A stretch of DNA of 64,000 bases from Perna viridis (Eukaryota), in the NCBI GenBank assembly GCA_037379345.1, contig CM074511.1, positions 36,152,862 to 36,216,861 of the forward strand, given 5' to 3'. The stretch's first letter is position 1. Every line of letters begins with the position of its first letter. Both the position numbers and the translations under genes were made by a program. Shown here piece after piece: positions 1-12,458 of the stretch. Below the pieces are notes generated by a model. It searched no databases. It was not told the origin of the DNA and was given only the letters and a program-made list of their open reading frames with translations.

Positions 1-112
1 TGCACATTTTTAAAAATTACCCTATTTTTCCACTTGTAATTAGCATATTTTTCACATTAAACATTCATATGCATTTACAAACATTCTATTGTATATATAT
101 ATATATATATAA

Positions 113-187
113 TTTATTAATATTTCTATTTTTGTAATGAGATATTTTACAACGTTGCAAAACATATGCAGTAATATACATTTTATT
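113..187 (-). terminator. Candidate polyadenylation signals of the FREM1-like gene
   Basis: AATAAA on the minus strand at 182-187 and 113-118, downstream of the stop at 334. Common by chance in AT-rich DNA. Confidence 0.35.
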
Positions 188-333
188 TCAAAATGATATG
201 AAATTTCACATCAGTTATTCTGTCAGCACTATCTTTTGTCAGAGACATATCACCACGTTCGCTTAATATTCAGTCACAACCTTTGTTGTTCATATTTGCC
301 AATTTCTACAATGAAACTGACATAAAAACTGTT

Positions 334-602
334 TTAAAAGTTCCATGAATATCTATGTCTCCTTCTTGAACGTGATCGCTTTGTTTTAGTTGATTTGGTA
401 TTTGGAATTCCTTCACATATAAACCTTTTTGTGGTTGTATCACAGCGTTTATTTCGCCAAGTGTGATTTTTACCCACTTGTACACAGCGTTTATTAAGAT
501 TTCGCCCACTCGTGTTGGGCTGTCTAACACCCCAGTTAGCGAATTGATATGGATCATAGTTCAGATATTTCCAAACTTTAGGATTCTCTTTATTATTCAA
601 AC
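334..602 (-). CDS. FREM1: FREM1-like exon 10 (end of C-type lectin, basic tail, stop)
   Basis: GLNNKENPKVWKYLNYDPYQFANWGVRQPNTSGRNLNKRCVQVGKNHTWRNKRCDTTTKRFICE, then TKSTKTKRSRSRRRHRYSWNF and stop. Acceptor ttgtag|GT completes the WIG-L motif. Confidence 0.92.
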
Positions 603-1698
603 CTACAAATAGAATAATTATAAGTCATAAAAGATTAAAATTACTTTGATTAACTTTTATACCAATCATAAAAATTCTCCTCAGTCAAGCAATATTTCTT
701 TTCCACTAGGAAGCAAAACCCAGATTGTACAAAATTGTTAATGACTTACTAATATATTCAAAGCAAGTATTTTAGAACCGTATCTTTCTCCTGAAAGGAT
801 CCTCAATAATAGAAAATTATCAATTAAGAAATTACACGTGTATAAAGACGTGTTTGCCAGTCGAATATATGGGGCAACCATTCACATTTCCTGAATATAT
901 ACATTTTCTTCTGATTTATTGCCAGATGCAACAAATATGATATTCAAAAAGCCAGTGATTATGAATGCCAATAAGACATTTTTAATCAGTTAACTTTTTC
1001 AGGTAAATATACGTGTGCTATGAAAACTTGTGATTGAAGCTCTAGCATGTAGACATATCAATTAGAATATATTGATTTATACACCCAAAGTTATAGTGAG
1101 AAAAAAATACAAAAAATGTATATGATTATTAAGTTTTCATTCTGATTTCTGTAATAGATGGATTGCTGACTGCATTCGACACTTTCAAAATTGATGAAAT
1201 GTTTGGAATAGGAATGGAAGATTGAGGTTTAGCGCTGTAAAACCTAGATCTAACCCACCATTGCGGTACCAACTGCTCCGGGGGTGCAATATCTATTTGC
1301 CAGATTTATTTTGGACTTGACTTGATTTTGAAACGGATAAGTGTTCGTTAATTCTGTTGTAACCCTTATTTTATGACAAAACAGCGAAAGTATGAGATCA
1401 ATTTTAAAGTAGCAAAAATTAAGTCAGACGTTCTTTTCGGAACAATATTTACAGAAATTGACAACTAATCCAACTGCACTTGTACGTATTACACTAACTG
1501 TTACATAGGCTTCGTGTTGTGATAAGTAAAGAAGAAAAGGGACATAAATCTACGGTATGCAAAGAAATGATTAAGAAACAACTTTGGCCCCGATTCCTAA
1601 ACATGTATCTTACTCTTGTTAAAATGGGGATAGTTTTGGTTTGTCTTATTTTATTTCAGGTAAAAGTACAAAATAAATTGAATAAAGATCAAACTTAC

Positions 1699-1872
1699 CA
1701 ATCCAGAAAGATTTTTTATTAGACAAACTAATAAGGAAATCAAAATGTTCCTTAGATCTGACTGAAGTTATTGTGGATTTCATAGACGACAATGAAGCAC
1801 ATTTATACTGAGCAGCATTCCAAGTGAGTCTCTCGTTGACAAAGGTATAACACCTTCCTTCAAAATGGGCTC
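1699..1872 (-). CDS. FREM1: FREM1-like exon 9 (C-type lectin domain, first part; this frame is not in the ORF track)
   Basis: Acceptor tttcag|GA; AHFEGRCYTFVNERLTWNAAQYKCASLSSMKSTITSVRSKEHFDFLISLSNKKSFWIG has the CTLD CY...TW..A...C and WIG motifs (cf. FREM1 TWNAAAQAC, RKSFWIGLN). GTAAGT donor; phase 1-1. Confidence 0.92.
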
Positions 1873-2642
1873 CTGAAATATGAAAAAAATAAATGACTTT
1901 TTGTCAGTATACGTTTCAGGTTGCTCATGGTAGAAGAAGAAAAAGGTATTTCTATAAATTACCTTACATTGGCCTCTCACAACAAACAAAAATTACTCAC
2001 CTTCCCAGGTTTTTTATAGTGGGGTTCGTGCTTTGTTCGTGTGTGCATTTTGATTATTTTATGTTATACTGGTTTATCCTAGGTTGTCATTTTGATGTTG
2101 CCGGTTTAATATGTCCTCGGATTTCCACTATTTTGTACCATCGGTAATGATACTTCCACTTTTAGAAATACGATGAAATAATACTAGTATTTTGCAGTTT
2201 CAACATCGATAAAGTTAATTTATATTAACACTTTCTGACTTTAATGTATGCCAAATTACATTGTGCCATAATACTATTTGATAAGACGGGTCAACTTACA
2301 TTATCTAAAATTCTCAACATAATTTACGTTTTATCTTTCTATTGACTCTTCTTGCATAATTAAACTGTAAAAATGGCAAACGATTAAACAATAAAAATGG
2401 CACTTTATTTATTCAAACCGCTTTCTTCAAATTTATTTTAAGTATAACCTTTTCCTATTTCAAATTAAGTGCGTCTTCGTAAGAATCAGGTAAAAAAAAT
2501 AAAAATCTATCATTATGCAAATTGTTTTTTTAATTACCAAAGTTTGATTTAGATTCAGAATATAACGTATGGCAGTTTTTTTCCCCACATTTTTCGATTT
2601 ACATAGATTTTAAGTAGATAAGTCCAAAAAGTCTGGTCGAAA

Positions 2643-2880
2643 AGAGTAATCAAGAGAACCAAAATTCTAGCGGAATTTAAAAGAATGTAATCCAGGGACA
2701 AAGACCAGAAATGGGAAACAGACAAATACAACAAAGAACATAAATAACCAAATTATACATACAAAGTCACAAAAGTAAATGAGCAACTCAGACGCCACTA
2801 AAAACTGGAAGGATGGACCAGGTACACCGGTAGAGTAACTGTCTTCCTCTAGAAAGACCTGCCGAGTTGCTAATAAAAAA
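2643..2880 (+). repeat. Interspersed ~240-bp repeat family A, copy 1 (strand is relative)
   Basis: Aligns end to end with 17728-17978, and in reverse with 40503-40755 and 15750-15966 (shared ctagcggaa..aaaagaatg..atccagggacaaagacc, ccactaaaaactgg, caccggtag, gccgagttgct). Confidence 0.9.
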
Positions 2881-2954
2881 CATATATGTTTGTGTGTAAT
2901 ACTTAACATATTGCCCGATTCTTACAAAGACTTGATTTAAACACATATACTTAC

Positions 2955-3117
2955 CACTATTACATTTGTTCCCGCCTGACTGACTATCAGACTGCTCGTC
3001 AGTGCTGTCTGATGTCCACCTCTTCCAGTTTCCATCTTTTCCACAAATGTACATTTGTTGAGTAAACAAATCGAAATGTAACAGTCCTTTTGTCGTCGAA
3101 GTACACTCTTGAGGTGC
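2955..3117 (-). CDS. FREM1: FREM1-like exon 8 (Cys-containing module before the lectin domain)
   Basis: APQECTSTTKGLLHFDLFTQQMYICGKDGNWKRW, cf. FREM1 [38 protein letters not shown] donor; phases 0 and 1 fit. Confidence 0.9.
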
Positions 3118-3450
3118 CTATGGGGTTTATAAGTTTGCGTTATTTGAAAAAATGAACAGGTTTTGTACATATTTATAAATATATTTGAAAATAGCCATGA
3201 AAATGGTGACTATAAAGAAAAAATGGCACAATTTTGTTTTTCATGTTATCATTTTGAATAATACACTTGAGATTTATTGTGCATTCAAGCAGTTTTAATG
3301 TCTACTTGTTGTCGTGTAAGATCACCATTTCTCTTTGGTTATTCTTTTTTTTTTTGGTTACTTTTGCAGGTTTTTTTTCAAACTTTAGTACTGAAAAAGG
3401 ACTATGTATCGAATTCGATGTGTCAATTGAAAATATTAAGGTTTTCTTAC

Positions 3451-3702
3451 CTGAATATTTATTTTTGGTATTGGAGTCTTCTTCCTTCGTCTTTTCGTTT
3501 TCTTATTTCTCCTCCGTTTCTTTCCCTTTCTCTTCTTTTTTCTATTTTTGTTTTTCTTTCTATTGTTTCTAGTTCTTTTTCTCTTCTTGGCTTTTTCTCC
3601 AGATGTTTTATTAATGTTGCTGTCATCATTTTTCTTTCCAGGTTCTGTGTTATATGTGTTGTCGATAGGATTAGACGACTTAAACTGTGTCAAGGATGGC
3701 CG
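3451..3702 (-). CDS. FREM1: FREM1-like exon 7 (polybasic Lys/Arg linker; symmetric phase 0-0)
   Basis: Strong acceptor ttattctttattctgcag| and donor CAG|GTAAGA bracket a 252-nt open frame containing KAKKRKRTRNNRKKNKNRKKKRKGKKRRRNKKTKRRRKK. No homology support. Confidence 0.72.
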
Positions 3703-4876
3703 CTGCAGAATAAAGAATAAAAGACATCAAGAATAAATCAAGGTCTATCGGAGTAAAATCTGTGTCTAAGACGGACAACCTAAGATAATATTCCATTTCC
3801 CTTAATGATTAATTACTAGTTTATGTTTAGTCTTATCGTGAAACTAATTGTTAAAAATATGGAAATATGTTGAAGTAATATTTTGTTCAAGTTGATAGCT
3901 TGTATAGATGGATTTTCACATTTACAAGTAAATTCTGTTCTAATTGACAAGTGTCTTTGCGAAAAAAAAAATAATGGCATGTTCTTCAATCTCATAAATG
4001 TGAAATAAAATGTACTTATTTATAAATGGGCATGCTTTTGTTGCATCGTTCATGTATTCCCAAAACTATTTTGACAGGATCAGAAACCTTCACCAAAACT
4101 AACATCACACTCTTAAGCTATCATTTTTATCTGTAATTAAAGTGCCAATCTCCAGTTCAATGTTAAAGTTTTTGTAACTTTTGACGTCTTATCTCTTCCA
4201 ATTCGATTAACACCCCGCAAAGAGTGCATGTTTTTGTTTTGGCGTGCTTAAAGTTCGGCACGATTTTAACTAGGGCGTTTAAGCACTGTACACAATGTAC
4301 TGACCCCTACTCAATATTGCTGATATTTAAAATTAATTCTCAAGTGATTTTGTTTAGTCCGAAATTGCATTTCAATACAGAAGGTTTTAGTTGTTATTCT
4401 GAAATCTATTTCATATTTTCAGAAATGCTTTGAAAACTTACCTAAGTAATTCAAGAGCGTTTCTTTGCATTGCCTTTAAAGTTATCGATGCATTTTATAC
4501 GAAGATTAAGAATGGTGTTATTGTAACAAAATATGTTATGTTTTTTATTATGTGATATGCTTTGGACATATTCCAGTTTTGACTGCATCTACAGTTCATA
4601 TTCATTTAGTCAGTATTGAATGAATTTATTTTATATTAATATATGTTATTATATAGTTCATATAGTTCCTAATCAGCATTCAATGAATTTATTTCACATT
4701 TAATGTGCGTTACTATTATATATTTTCAGGTAAATCAAGTTCAAATAATATTACACTGTTGCTTTTCATAAAGACATAAATAGGCTAATTAGAAAATCGC
4801 CCAGACTTGCCAGAAACCAAAAGGATGGTATTGCTGGAAAATCGTGATAGATGAAAATAATTAGAAGCATTCTTAC

Positions 4877-4983
4877 TCCTATGACAGTGTCTGTTTTTCC
4901 TGCTCCAGGTCTGAAACCATTATCAATATCGTCTAATTCTGTTGTGTCCTTTGAAATCATGCCGATATATTGGTCACATTCTC
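4877..4983 (-). CDS. FREM1: FREM1-like exon 6 (linker after Calx-beta)
   Basis: Acceptor ctttgtcgtaatag|GA; GECDQYIGMISKDTTELDDIDNGFRPGAGKTDTVIG (KGEC, cf. FREM1 KGGQC); GTAAGA donor; phases 1 and 0 fit. Confidence 0.8.
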
Positions 4984-5380
4984 CTATTACGACAAAGGAG
5001 TGAAAGAAATGATAATTAAGTAAATGAATAATGCTTCAAGTGAAATGAATCTATATTTTTTTGCAATTTGTTTTCAATTTGTTTTATGTATGTTATACTG
5101 TAACCGCCAACTGTCATATCTAAATCATTGATGGTTATTGAATGCCAAGTTATAATTTTTAAATGAAACTCAACAATCATAGGTTTTCAAGTTTATGAAG
5201 TTAATATTTTCATTGAAACTAATTTAATGAGATTTATTTCATTATTACCTAAAACACTGAGTCTTCATGCTTTGAATTATTAATGGTAAAAACTCTGGGT
5301 GTTGGATTTGGCACCTATGTCTATATTTTGTGTTTTGAGTACTTCTTGCACACATTTTTTGTGATACATACGTTTCCTTA

Positions 5381-5424
5381 ATGCTTCTGATGAGAGGTTA
5401 CTCCTTGAAACACATGTGCAGCAT
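5381..5424 (+). ncRNA. Degenerate minimal type I hammerhead ribozyme motif
   Basis: ATGCT-T-CTGATGA-GAGG(TTACT)CCTT-GAAA-CACATGTG-C-AGCAT: both core boxes, stem II, palindromic stem III and stem I (ATGCT/AGCAT) are present; the cleavage triplet is not NUH. Confidence 0.5.
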
Positions 5425-5621
5425 ATCAAAATTTGCAATCTATTTGATTGGCATTGTTGTATTCATACTTGAATTCGAGTGGTGGAAACATCAACGGATA
5501 AGATTAAACGACCTTTTAAAGCGTAAATGTAAATCTTTGCATTCTTTATTTATAATTTAACTTGCTGTGTTAAAAACAAAATATTATATCCAAATACATG
5601 TAGTGATATATTTATGTGTAC

Positions 5622-5771
5622 CTTTTCTTGCATTTATTATTCGTACTGTAACTCGCTCATTGTTTCCCATGATTGCATTCACCGGTTCCTCTAAGACTAT
5701 TCTGAACTTTTCGTTTTCCTCTTCTATCTTATCATCAGGTATTCTTACGTCCCAAAATGCTTGTGCTTGTC
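5622..5771 (-). CDS. FREM1: FREM1-like exon 5 (Calx-beta domain, second half)
   Basis: QAQAFWDVRIPDDKIEEENEKFRIVLEEPVNAIMG has the Calx-beta DD..EE.E.F.I.L..P signature. 150 nt, phase 1-1; GTACAC donor is weak. Confidence 0.9.
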
Positions 5772-6058
5772 CTAAAACATATAAACGAGTTTTCTTTACA
5801 TTTAAGAGTTTTAATGAATATGCTGAACAAATATTCTTATTTGGCACATAGCTCTTATTATGCAATAGAAATATGTATATGTATATGGTTATATTGACAG
5901 AACTTTATTTTGCAATGAAATAACATTTAAAAGAACACTTACTGTTTTCTAACTGTTAACATGCAGTGAACCCGAATAATTGTCCATATGAATTGCTTTC
6001 TTAATAAGTGTAGCTGTTGTTTGTTTTTAAAATGACAATATTACTGTTATATTTATAC

Positions 6059-6261
6059 CTGGATTAAATTGGACTTGCTGAGCAGTACTTGGTACAAAAT
6101 CCATTCCTTCTGTAGCAGACATTTCTCTTATAGCAATTCCTACAAAAGCCATACTGTCAAGAGCACCTCTTCTCCTGAGTGCAACACTCAAGGTTCCAAC
6201 ATTCTCACAAACCACTATATCTTTCTTTGCAAACTCAACAATTGACCAGCCGAGTTCAAAT
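6059..6261 (-). CDS. FREM1: FREM1-like exon 4 (Calx-beta domain, first half)
   Basis: FELGWSIVEFAKKDIVVCENVGTLSVALRRRGALDSMAFVGI...QVQFNPG, cf. FREM1 LELKWSHIEW...VCENVG...RRG...SAFVGI...QFDPG. Phases 2 and 1 fit. Confidence 0.92.
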
Positions 6262-7058
6262 CTGTAATCAGGTAGAAAAAAGTTAAAAGAATGTTATCGA
6301 CGACCTGATTTTATATCATTTGAACAATCAGTATCATTAAACCTTTGTAGGGCGTTTGGAACGCGTTCAGTTCTTAACTTGATAATTGTTATCTTTTTAC
6401 ATGCAAACTGTCTGCACACTTTTTATATCTGGATTTGAAAAAAAAAACTAAAAGGTTAAGAATCTTAAAGAGTATAATCCCATTTGAATCATGTTTTCAT
6501 ATGATCGTGCATACTTTAAGAGCCTCTTAGTACTTTTTCGTGTCACAGGTGACTTTTCAGGTGTGTTTTGAAATCGGCTTTATTAGTCAGTTTATCGTCT
6601 CTAATCGTATCATTATGTCGACAGTATTATATATACATGCAAATAAAATGCATATTACCCACCCGTAAAACCCATTAATGCACCTATCATCGATTTGGTA
6701 TGTAGTGCGTTTCTCCAATTTGTCATGTACATTTTTACTTTCACTGCAAAGCAAAACATTGGGGTCTTCTTTTCCATACATACATTTTGGATTCAATAAA
6801 ATATATAGTTAATTTGTAAAATTGAACTTGATCAAAAAAGAGTTGCGCATCATATTGTCTTGCTATTTTCATTTTACCACGTTTGAAATTTTGTAAATCC
6901 TTATGCGTAGATCTATCTCAGCTATTTGATGTTAGATATTTTGTATACCCCTTTTTGATTCACTGTTCGGTATAGTTTTACATCTGTTCATATCCCGAAG
7001 ATTAATCTATACTTAAAGTACCATAATTAGTGTAAGAATAAGATACAAAGCCACTCAC

Positions 7059-9659
7059 TTTATTTCATCTAAGCTGTTCCCTCTGCTGTCCATGATACGG
7101 AAAATGAAGTGATCTTTGGCAATGTCCGTATTTTCATTTAAAATATACAGTAAACTATTCTCATCAAGGTCTTTTTGTGTAAATCTTCGTCTGACAAATC
7201 GTTTAGTTGCAACATTTTGAATGTGACCAAACATTGGGCGTTTGACAATGATATACATAAGTCTACTATTATCGGTATCTGAATCAACCGCCTTTAAATT
7301 TCGACTTGATAACCTGAATCCATATTTTTCCTGTCCGAAATACTCCAGCGTGTCAGGGGGACTGTTAACTATTAGTTTAGGTGCATCATTTACAGTGGGA
7401 TTTACAAATATACTACAGATAACTGGATTTGTTTGAAGTGTTTCATTCACCAAGAAACCACTGTGACGACCATCTGACACTGTAAATAAAAAGTTATCTA
7501 GTCCAGCATAAGACAACTCACTTTCATACGTAACGTACCCTAAGTCGATGTCCCTTTGTGTGAAGTTTCTGGTTTCTACAAGTCCTCCCTTGTAAATATG
7601 ACCAAATGTAGGGGGTTTGGCAATGATATATGTTATGTTCGAGCTCGGAGTATCAGGATCTTCGGCTAGAAGATTCCCTGAGTTAAGAACAATGTCACTT
7701 CCCTGAGAAACTTCAATGAGATTATTTTTACGTAATGATGGCAAAACTCGATCTAGTGGTTCAATTTTAATATTGAATACTCCATCTTTAGCTTGACTAA
7801 GGCCGTTTGTTACCGTAAATGAAAATGAATCCTTAGTATTATCGCCTTTCGACAAATGGTTGTAAACAACTTTCTGAGCAGCAATATCAAGTTGAGAAAA
7901 GCTCGTTATGCTGACAAGAGGCTTATAAATGTTTTCAATCTGTCCATGTTTTGGTGGTTGAGTAATAGCGAATACTATTTCCTCAGGCTTAGTAGATTCA
8001 TCAGAAGCATTTAGGTCTGAAGAAGTTATTGATGTCCTTTCTCCTTCTCTTACTTCTATTCCTTTGTTTAGTAAAGCTAGGTTAGCCTTTCTTGAGTTTC
8101 TTATTCTAATTTCAAATGTTTCAATATGCCTTTTGTTTCTTCCATCAGACAAGAGAAAACGGAAATTATCAGTTTCTGAATTTCCCATACGTTTTGTGTG
8201 AACATAACGAATTCGATTCATATCTATATCATATTGTGTAAAATTTGATCCAACACGTAAATCTGAACAAGCAGAAACCCTTGACGGTATGTAAGGATCT
8301 GAACAAAATTGTAGAGATCCCTTCTTGGGAGTTGATGTCAGTATGTAATACACTTCATTTTGACTGTTGTCTGGGTCTGTTGATTGCAAAACAACGCTAG
8401 AAATCATAGCATAGTCTCCATATTCTAACTGAAGACCTGCATTTTTTGTGATTTCTGGTCGTTCGTCGTTTACGGGATTAACAGTGATGTTACACAGTCT
8501 TTTCACTTCATGTCTACCATCCGATACAGTGACGGCAAATTTGTCATGGAAATTCTCGGTATTGTCATGTTTATACTTCAACCTGAGACCAGAGTGTAGC
8601 TCATCTGAATTAAATTCTTCAATAGCAGCCTCAACATCGCCATTTCGCGTTCTAATCATAGCAACAATGTTTCCATGTTCTGGGGGTTGTGAAATGGCAA
8701 AGTTCAGTTTATCTTTGGGCATGTCCATATCTACTGCATCAATCATTGATTTGTCCATCATCATGCTTTCACCTTCATTTAGACTAAAATCATGAAGCAT
8801 AACAGTAGGCTCTTCATCATTCTGAGGTAGAATTCTTATACCAAAGTTTTTGATTGATGACCTATGGTTTCCATCAGTCGCATAGACTTCCATGTCATCA
8901 TAAACTGGTTCGACTCCTTTATGGGTCGCTTGAACAAAATTTACTGAGTTATCAATTATATCTTGCAACCGGAAAGTTGTTATTCGTTTCCCTTTGTTGG
9001 ATTTCTCCGACCCCGGACTTGGTTTTATATTCTCAATGAAACCCCACTGAGGTTGCCTCACGACTATGAACTGGATTTCGTCCGGGTCAGTGTCAGGGTC
9101 TTTCGCAGTAATGATGTCAGGTGTTAAAGTAATTGTACCACCCTCTTTTACTGAGACTTCCCTTCCAGTTATGATTGTAGGCTTCGAGTTATCAATTGGT
9201 GTTATAGTAATATTCAAATCATACACTGGTAGGTCTGCAGTTGCAAGATAATTCTGATCAGAAACAATGAAAGTCACGCTGTCCTTCATTATAGCTGTTC
9301 CAATTTCCCCTGCAGTGTGTATATATTTGACAAGTTTATCTTTGACATTCTGTTGTGTAAACTTGGTTGCTGGTCTGTTATTTAACTGCATTACTCCATG
9401 CTTAGGCTGTTTTATTATCAGAAAAACGAGATTTTTGTCGTCGGTATCTACGTCTGTTGCTGACAGCACCGCTGAAGTTATAAAAGCCTCGGAGCCTTCG
9501 GACACAATGAGACGGGGGCGGAGGTTTTTGCCAAGTTGGGGGGTTTCGTCATCGAGTGGAACAATATTGACAGACATCACCCTTGTTGCTTGGTTAATAC
9601 CGTCAGATAATGTTAGAGTAAACGTATCCAAGATAACATCAGATCCATCGTTCACATAC
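7059..9659 (-). CDS. FREM1: FREM1-like exon 3 (2601 nt; remaining CSPG repeats)
   Basis: Acceptor ttgtag|G completes the Arg codon (R-YVNDGSDVILD, cf. FREM1 RYQHDGTEVLQD). Motifs YIHTAGEIG, PVYDLNITI, GSEKSN and FTQKDL; GTGAGT donor, phase 2. Confidence 0.95.
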
Positions 9660-9698
9660 CTACAACATGGAATTCATGAAGTCATTTGCAAATATTAA

Positions 9699-10100
9699 GA
9701 AGCTGTCCACGTAAAAATTAAGCCGATCATATGATATGAGTGGCACAGTGTAAATTTTATCCTACTGATTTGTTTCCAAATGTAATATATATATATATCA
9801 TAATTCATCTATGTCAAATAGATTAAAGTTTGTTCTAAATCGACAATGGATTGCTCAAAAGTTGATCTTAAAATTCCCTAACAAAGAAACCAAATTTTGC
9901 TCAAATTAAAGAGTTATCTCCCTATTTTCAATGAATTTCAATGCTTTCTATGCATTTTATTTCTATTTAATTGTTGAAAAAAAAAAATCAAAAACCAGCT
10001 TTCAACTTCGAGCAAAGATACATTTTAATATGAAATGTATTTTTTTAAAATAAAATTTATCATGTGTCATTCACTGCCTGGTTTTTTCATGGATTCCCTC
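9699..10100. mobile_element. Second, more degenerate copy of the Sola3-like MITE
   Basis: TTAA|GAAGCTGTCCACG...CATGGATTCCCTC, collinear with 30926-31299 (atgatatg.gtggcac, cgacaatgga, gag.tatctcc, ttcaactt.gag). Confidence 0.65.
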
Positions 10101-12426
10101 ATCAGAATATTATGATTATTTTATTTCACTAGATTGGGAAATTACAGTATAAAACTACTGATATTAGATATGAATTGTAATATTCATATCTTTGTACTAC
10201 TTGTGCTTGATTACTTTTAACAACAACTACAACAAAAATACACTTTTTTTTAAATATTGATAAAAATCAATTAGAAGTTAAAAAAAAAGACAAATTGCTG
10301 ACCTAATTATCCAATTACATGGTTGTTTATTTTAACATTTAACAATGTCGATAATATTTGTCAATATAAATATTCTGTCATTAGATTCGTAGACAAAATA
10401 AATTCTGATTCTATCATGATTGTGCATGTCTTGATCATGAATCATTAAGTACTTAGATTAGTCACATCATCCTCTCGTCCATCCAACTTTCTTCTGTTTG
10501 TTTGATTAATAAAATACAGGCAAAGTGAAATAGATAAAGCTTATATTACACAATAAAAAAAACGAGTCAGTTTGAGTCTACTTATTACACATTCTATGTA
10601 ATACTGTGCCCGTTCTGATATTTTATTGCATGTTTCCTCTCGTTTATTAAGTTTTTATGCTTTATCATCATGATGACATAATAAATAAACAAGGAACATA
10701 GTATCATTAATTCCTACCAAATATTTCAGAAAAAACATAGCTTATGAAATCTGAGAGGCGAATATGAAAGTGTATTAATTTAAAGTGTATTAATTTTCAA
10801 ACATATTAAAGTTAAAATGGACCAGCCTAGTAATTCAAATCTTTGTTAACGTAAAATGTATTTTTTTCTGCAAGTATCTTTTTATATCAGTTTGTTCAAT
10901 ATTTTCGTTAAAGCGTTTGGAGCAGTTATGTTGTTTATTATAACTCTCATAGATGTTTTCACTGATAATAAAGGTTGTCGATTTTTGTTCATTTTGTTTA
11001 CAAATGATCATATAAATCAGAACTTGGTGAGAAGACAAATTACTTTCGAATCGAAAATATGTCATGATATATTTTCTTTTCATTAGATTAAGTCCGATTT
11101 ACAAATGGCTTTGAACACAGTGCAATTATTAATGATTATAAAATACGACCTTTACTCATGGAATAGTTTGTTTTCCCGGAGAATTATATTTGCACCAATT
11201 TACTACAATGCTATTAATATCGGTTTCCTTTGTAGTTTGAATGGATCTATAAAACAGTATGTGAAAATAGAATTTGGTTTTAAAATTCATATGCCACGTT
11301 TCGGTGCTATTGAAAGTTTGTCTTTGGAATTAATGTTGTGAAATATAACATCAACCATTGATTTCGTAATTGCATTGCCGGAGAAAAAGAGTTTGGCTTC
11401 CACAAAAAATAGAAACATCAAACGAGATATAATATTTGTGTTCATTAAAAACAGAGCCTACTTCAAAGATTTTTCCATTGGTCAGGAATAGTCATTAAAT
11501 ATAATTTCTTGTAATTTTCTCTTGACTTTGTCTGGGGTAGCTCTGTAAAACCTCAGAACTCCTTTCAGCAAACACAAAATGATTTCATAAGTCTTCATAT
11601 TGATTACTTTCTAATGAAGAGAATTTCTACAAAAAGGAGGATGATTAAAGCTTGTAATATTTTTCTTAGATAACCATTACTTTAATTAGTTGTGATTACG
11701 AGAGCGATTATGTGTGAAATAGCACAGAAACTTAAAACATATTCCAAGCATTTTTGTGCGTTCTTTTCTTCACAAATTATTCTAACTACAACACAGATAG
11801 AACAAGAATGTTGATTAACGCCATGATTTTTACAATGATCTTTTCAGACATCAGTTTAGATGATGTGTGCTTATGGACCAATGAATGTTGGATTAAAAAA
11901 AAAACAAAACAAAAAGGCATAGTGCCTTGTCGTATCGATAATGCATTAAAGAAATAAGGACATTTTTAAAGTGCTTACATTTTCTCAAACATATTTGCAT
12001 CCTATCATTTCAATTTCAGATAACGTAGCTTACTAAGTAGAAACTGTAAAATTTCTATACATTCAACCAAAAGACTGCACAAAATAAAACTTTAAAAATA
12101 TTCGTTTTTCATTGGAGTTTTGTCACGTAAATGCCTTGTTGCAGTTGATGTTGATGTTTTTTCAAAGTTCTTTTCCGAATGATAATAAGCACATTTTACT
12201 GAATTTGTTTTACATCACAAAAACGTCTCGTCACAAAATGCGGTGGGTGTTCTAAAGTGATCAATCTGTTCGTCCGTCTGTAACAAATTGTGCGCAGTCT
12301 GGAACATTTATATCATTCAAAATAAGTATTTGATATTAAGCACAATTGTTGACAACCCAAAAACGACGGTAAACGACATTCTGGCATTTAACATAACGTC
12401 AAATGTTACTGTTTTTGTTTTGTTTT

Positions 12427-12458
<32 letters not shown>

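Noticed and set aside
3267-3736. Plus-strand Phe/Ser-rich ORFs of 101, 147 and 62 aa
   Set aside because: Antisense shadows of the polybasic exon; low complexity.
10081-10110. CTGATGA...GAAA on the minus strand (also near 47075-47090)
   Set aside because: Stems I and III cannot be formed, and both sites lie at ends of other repeats.
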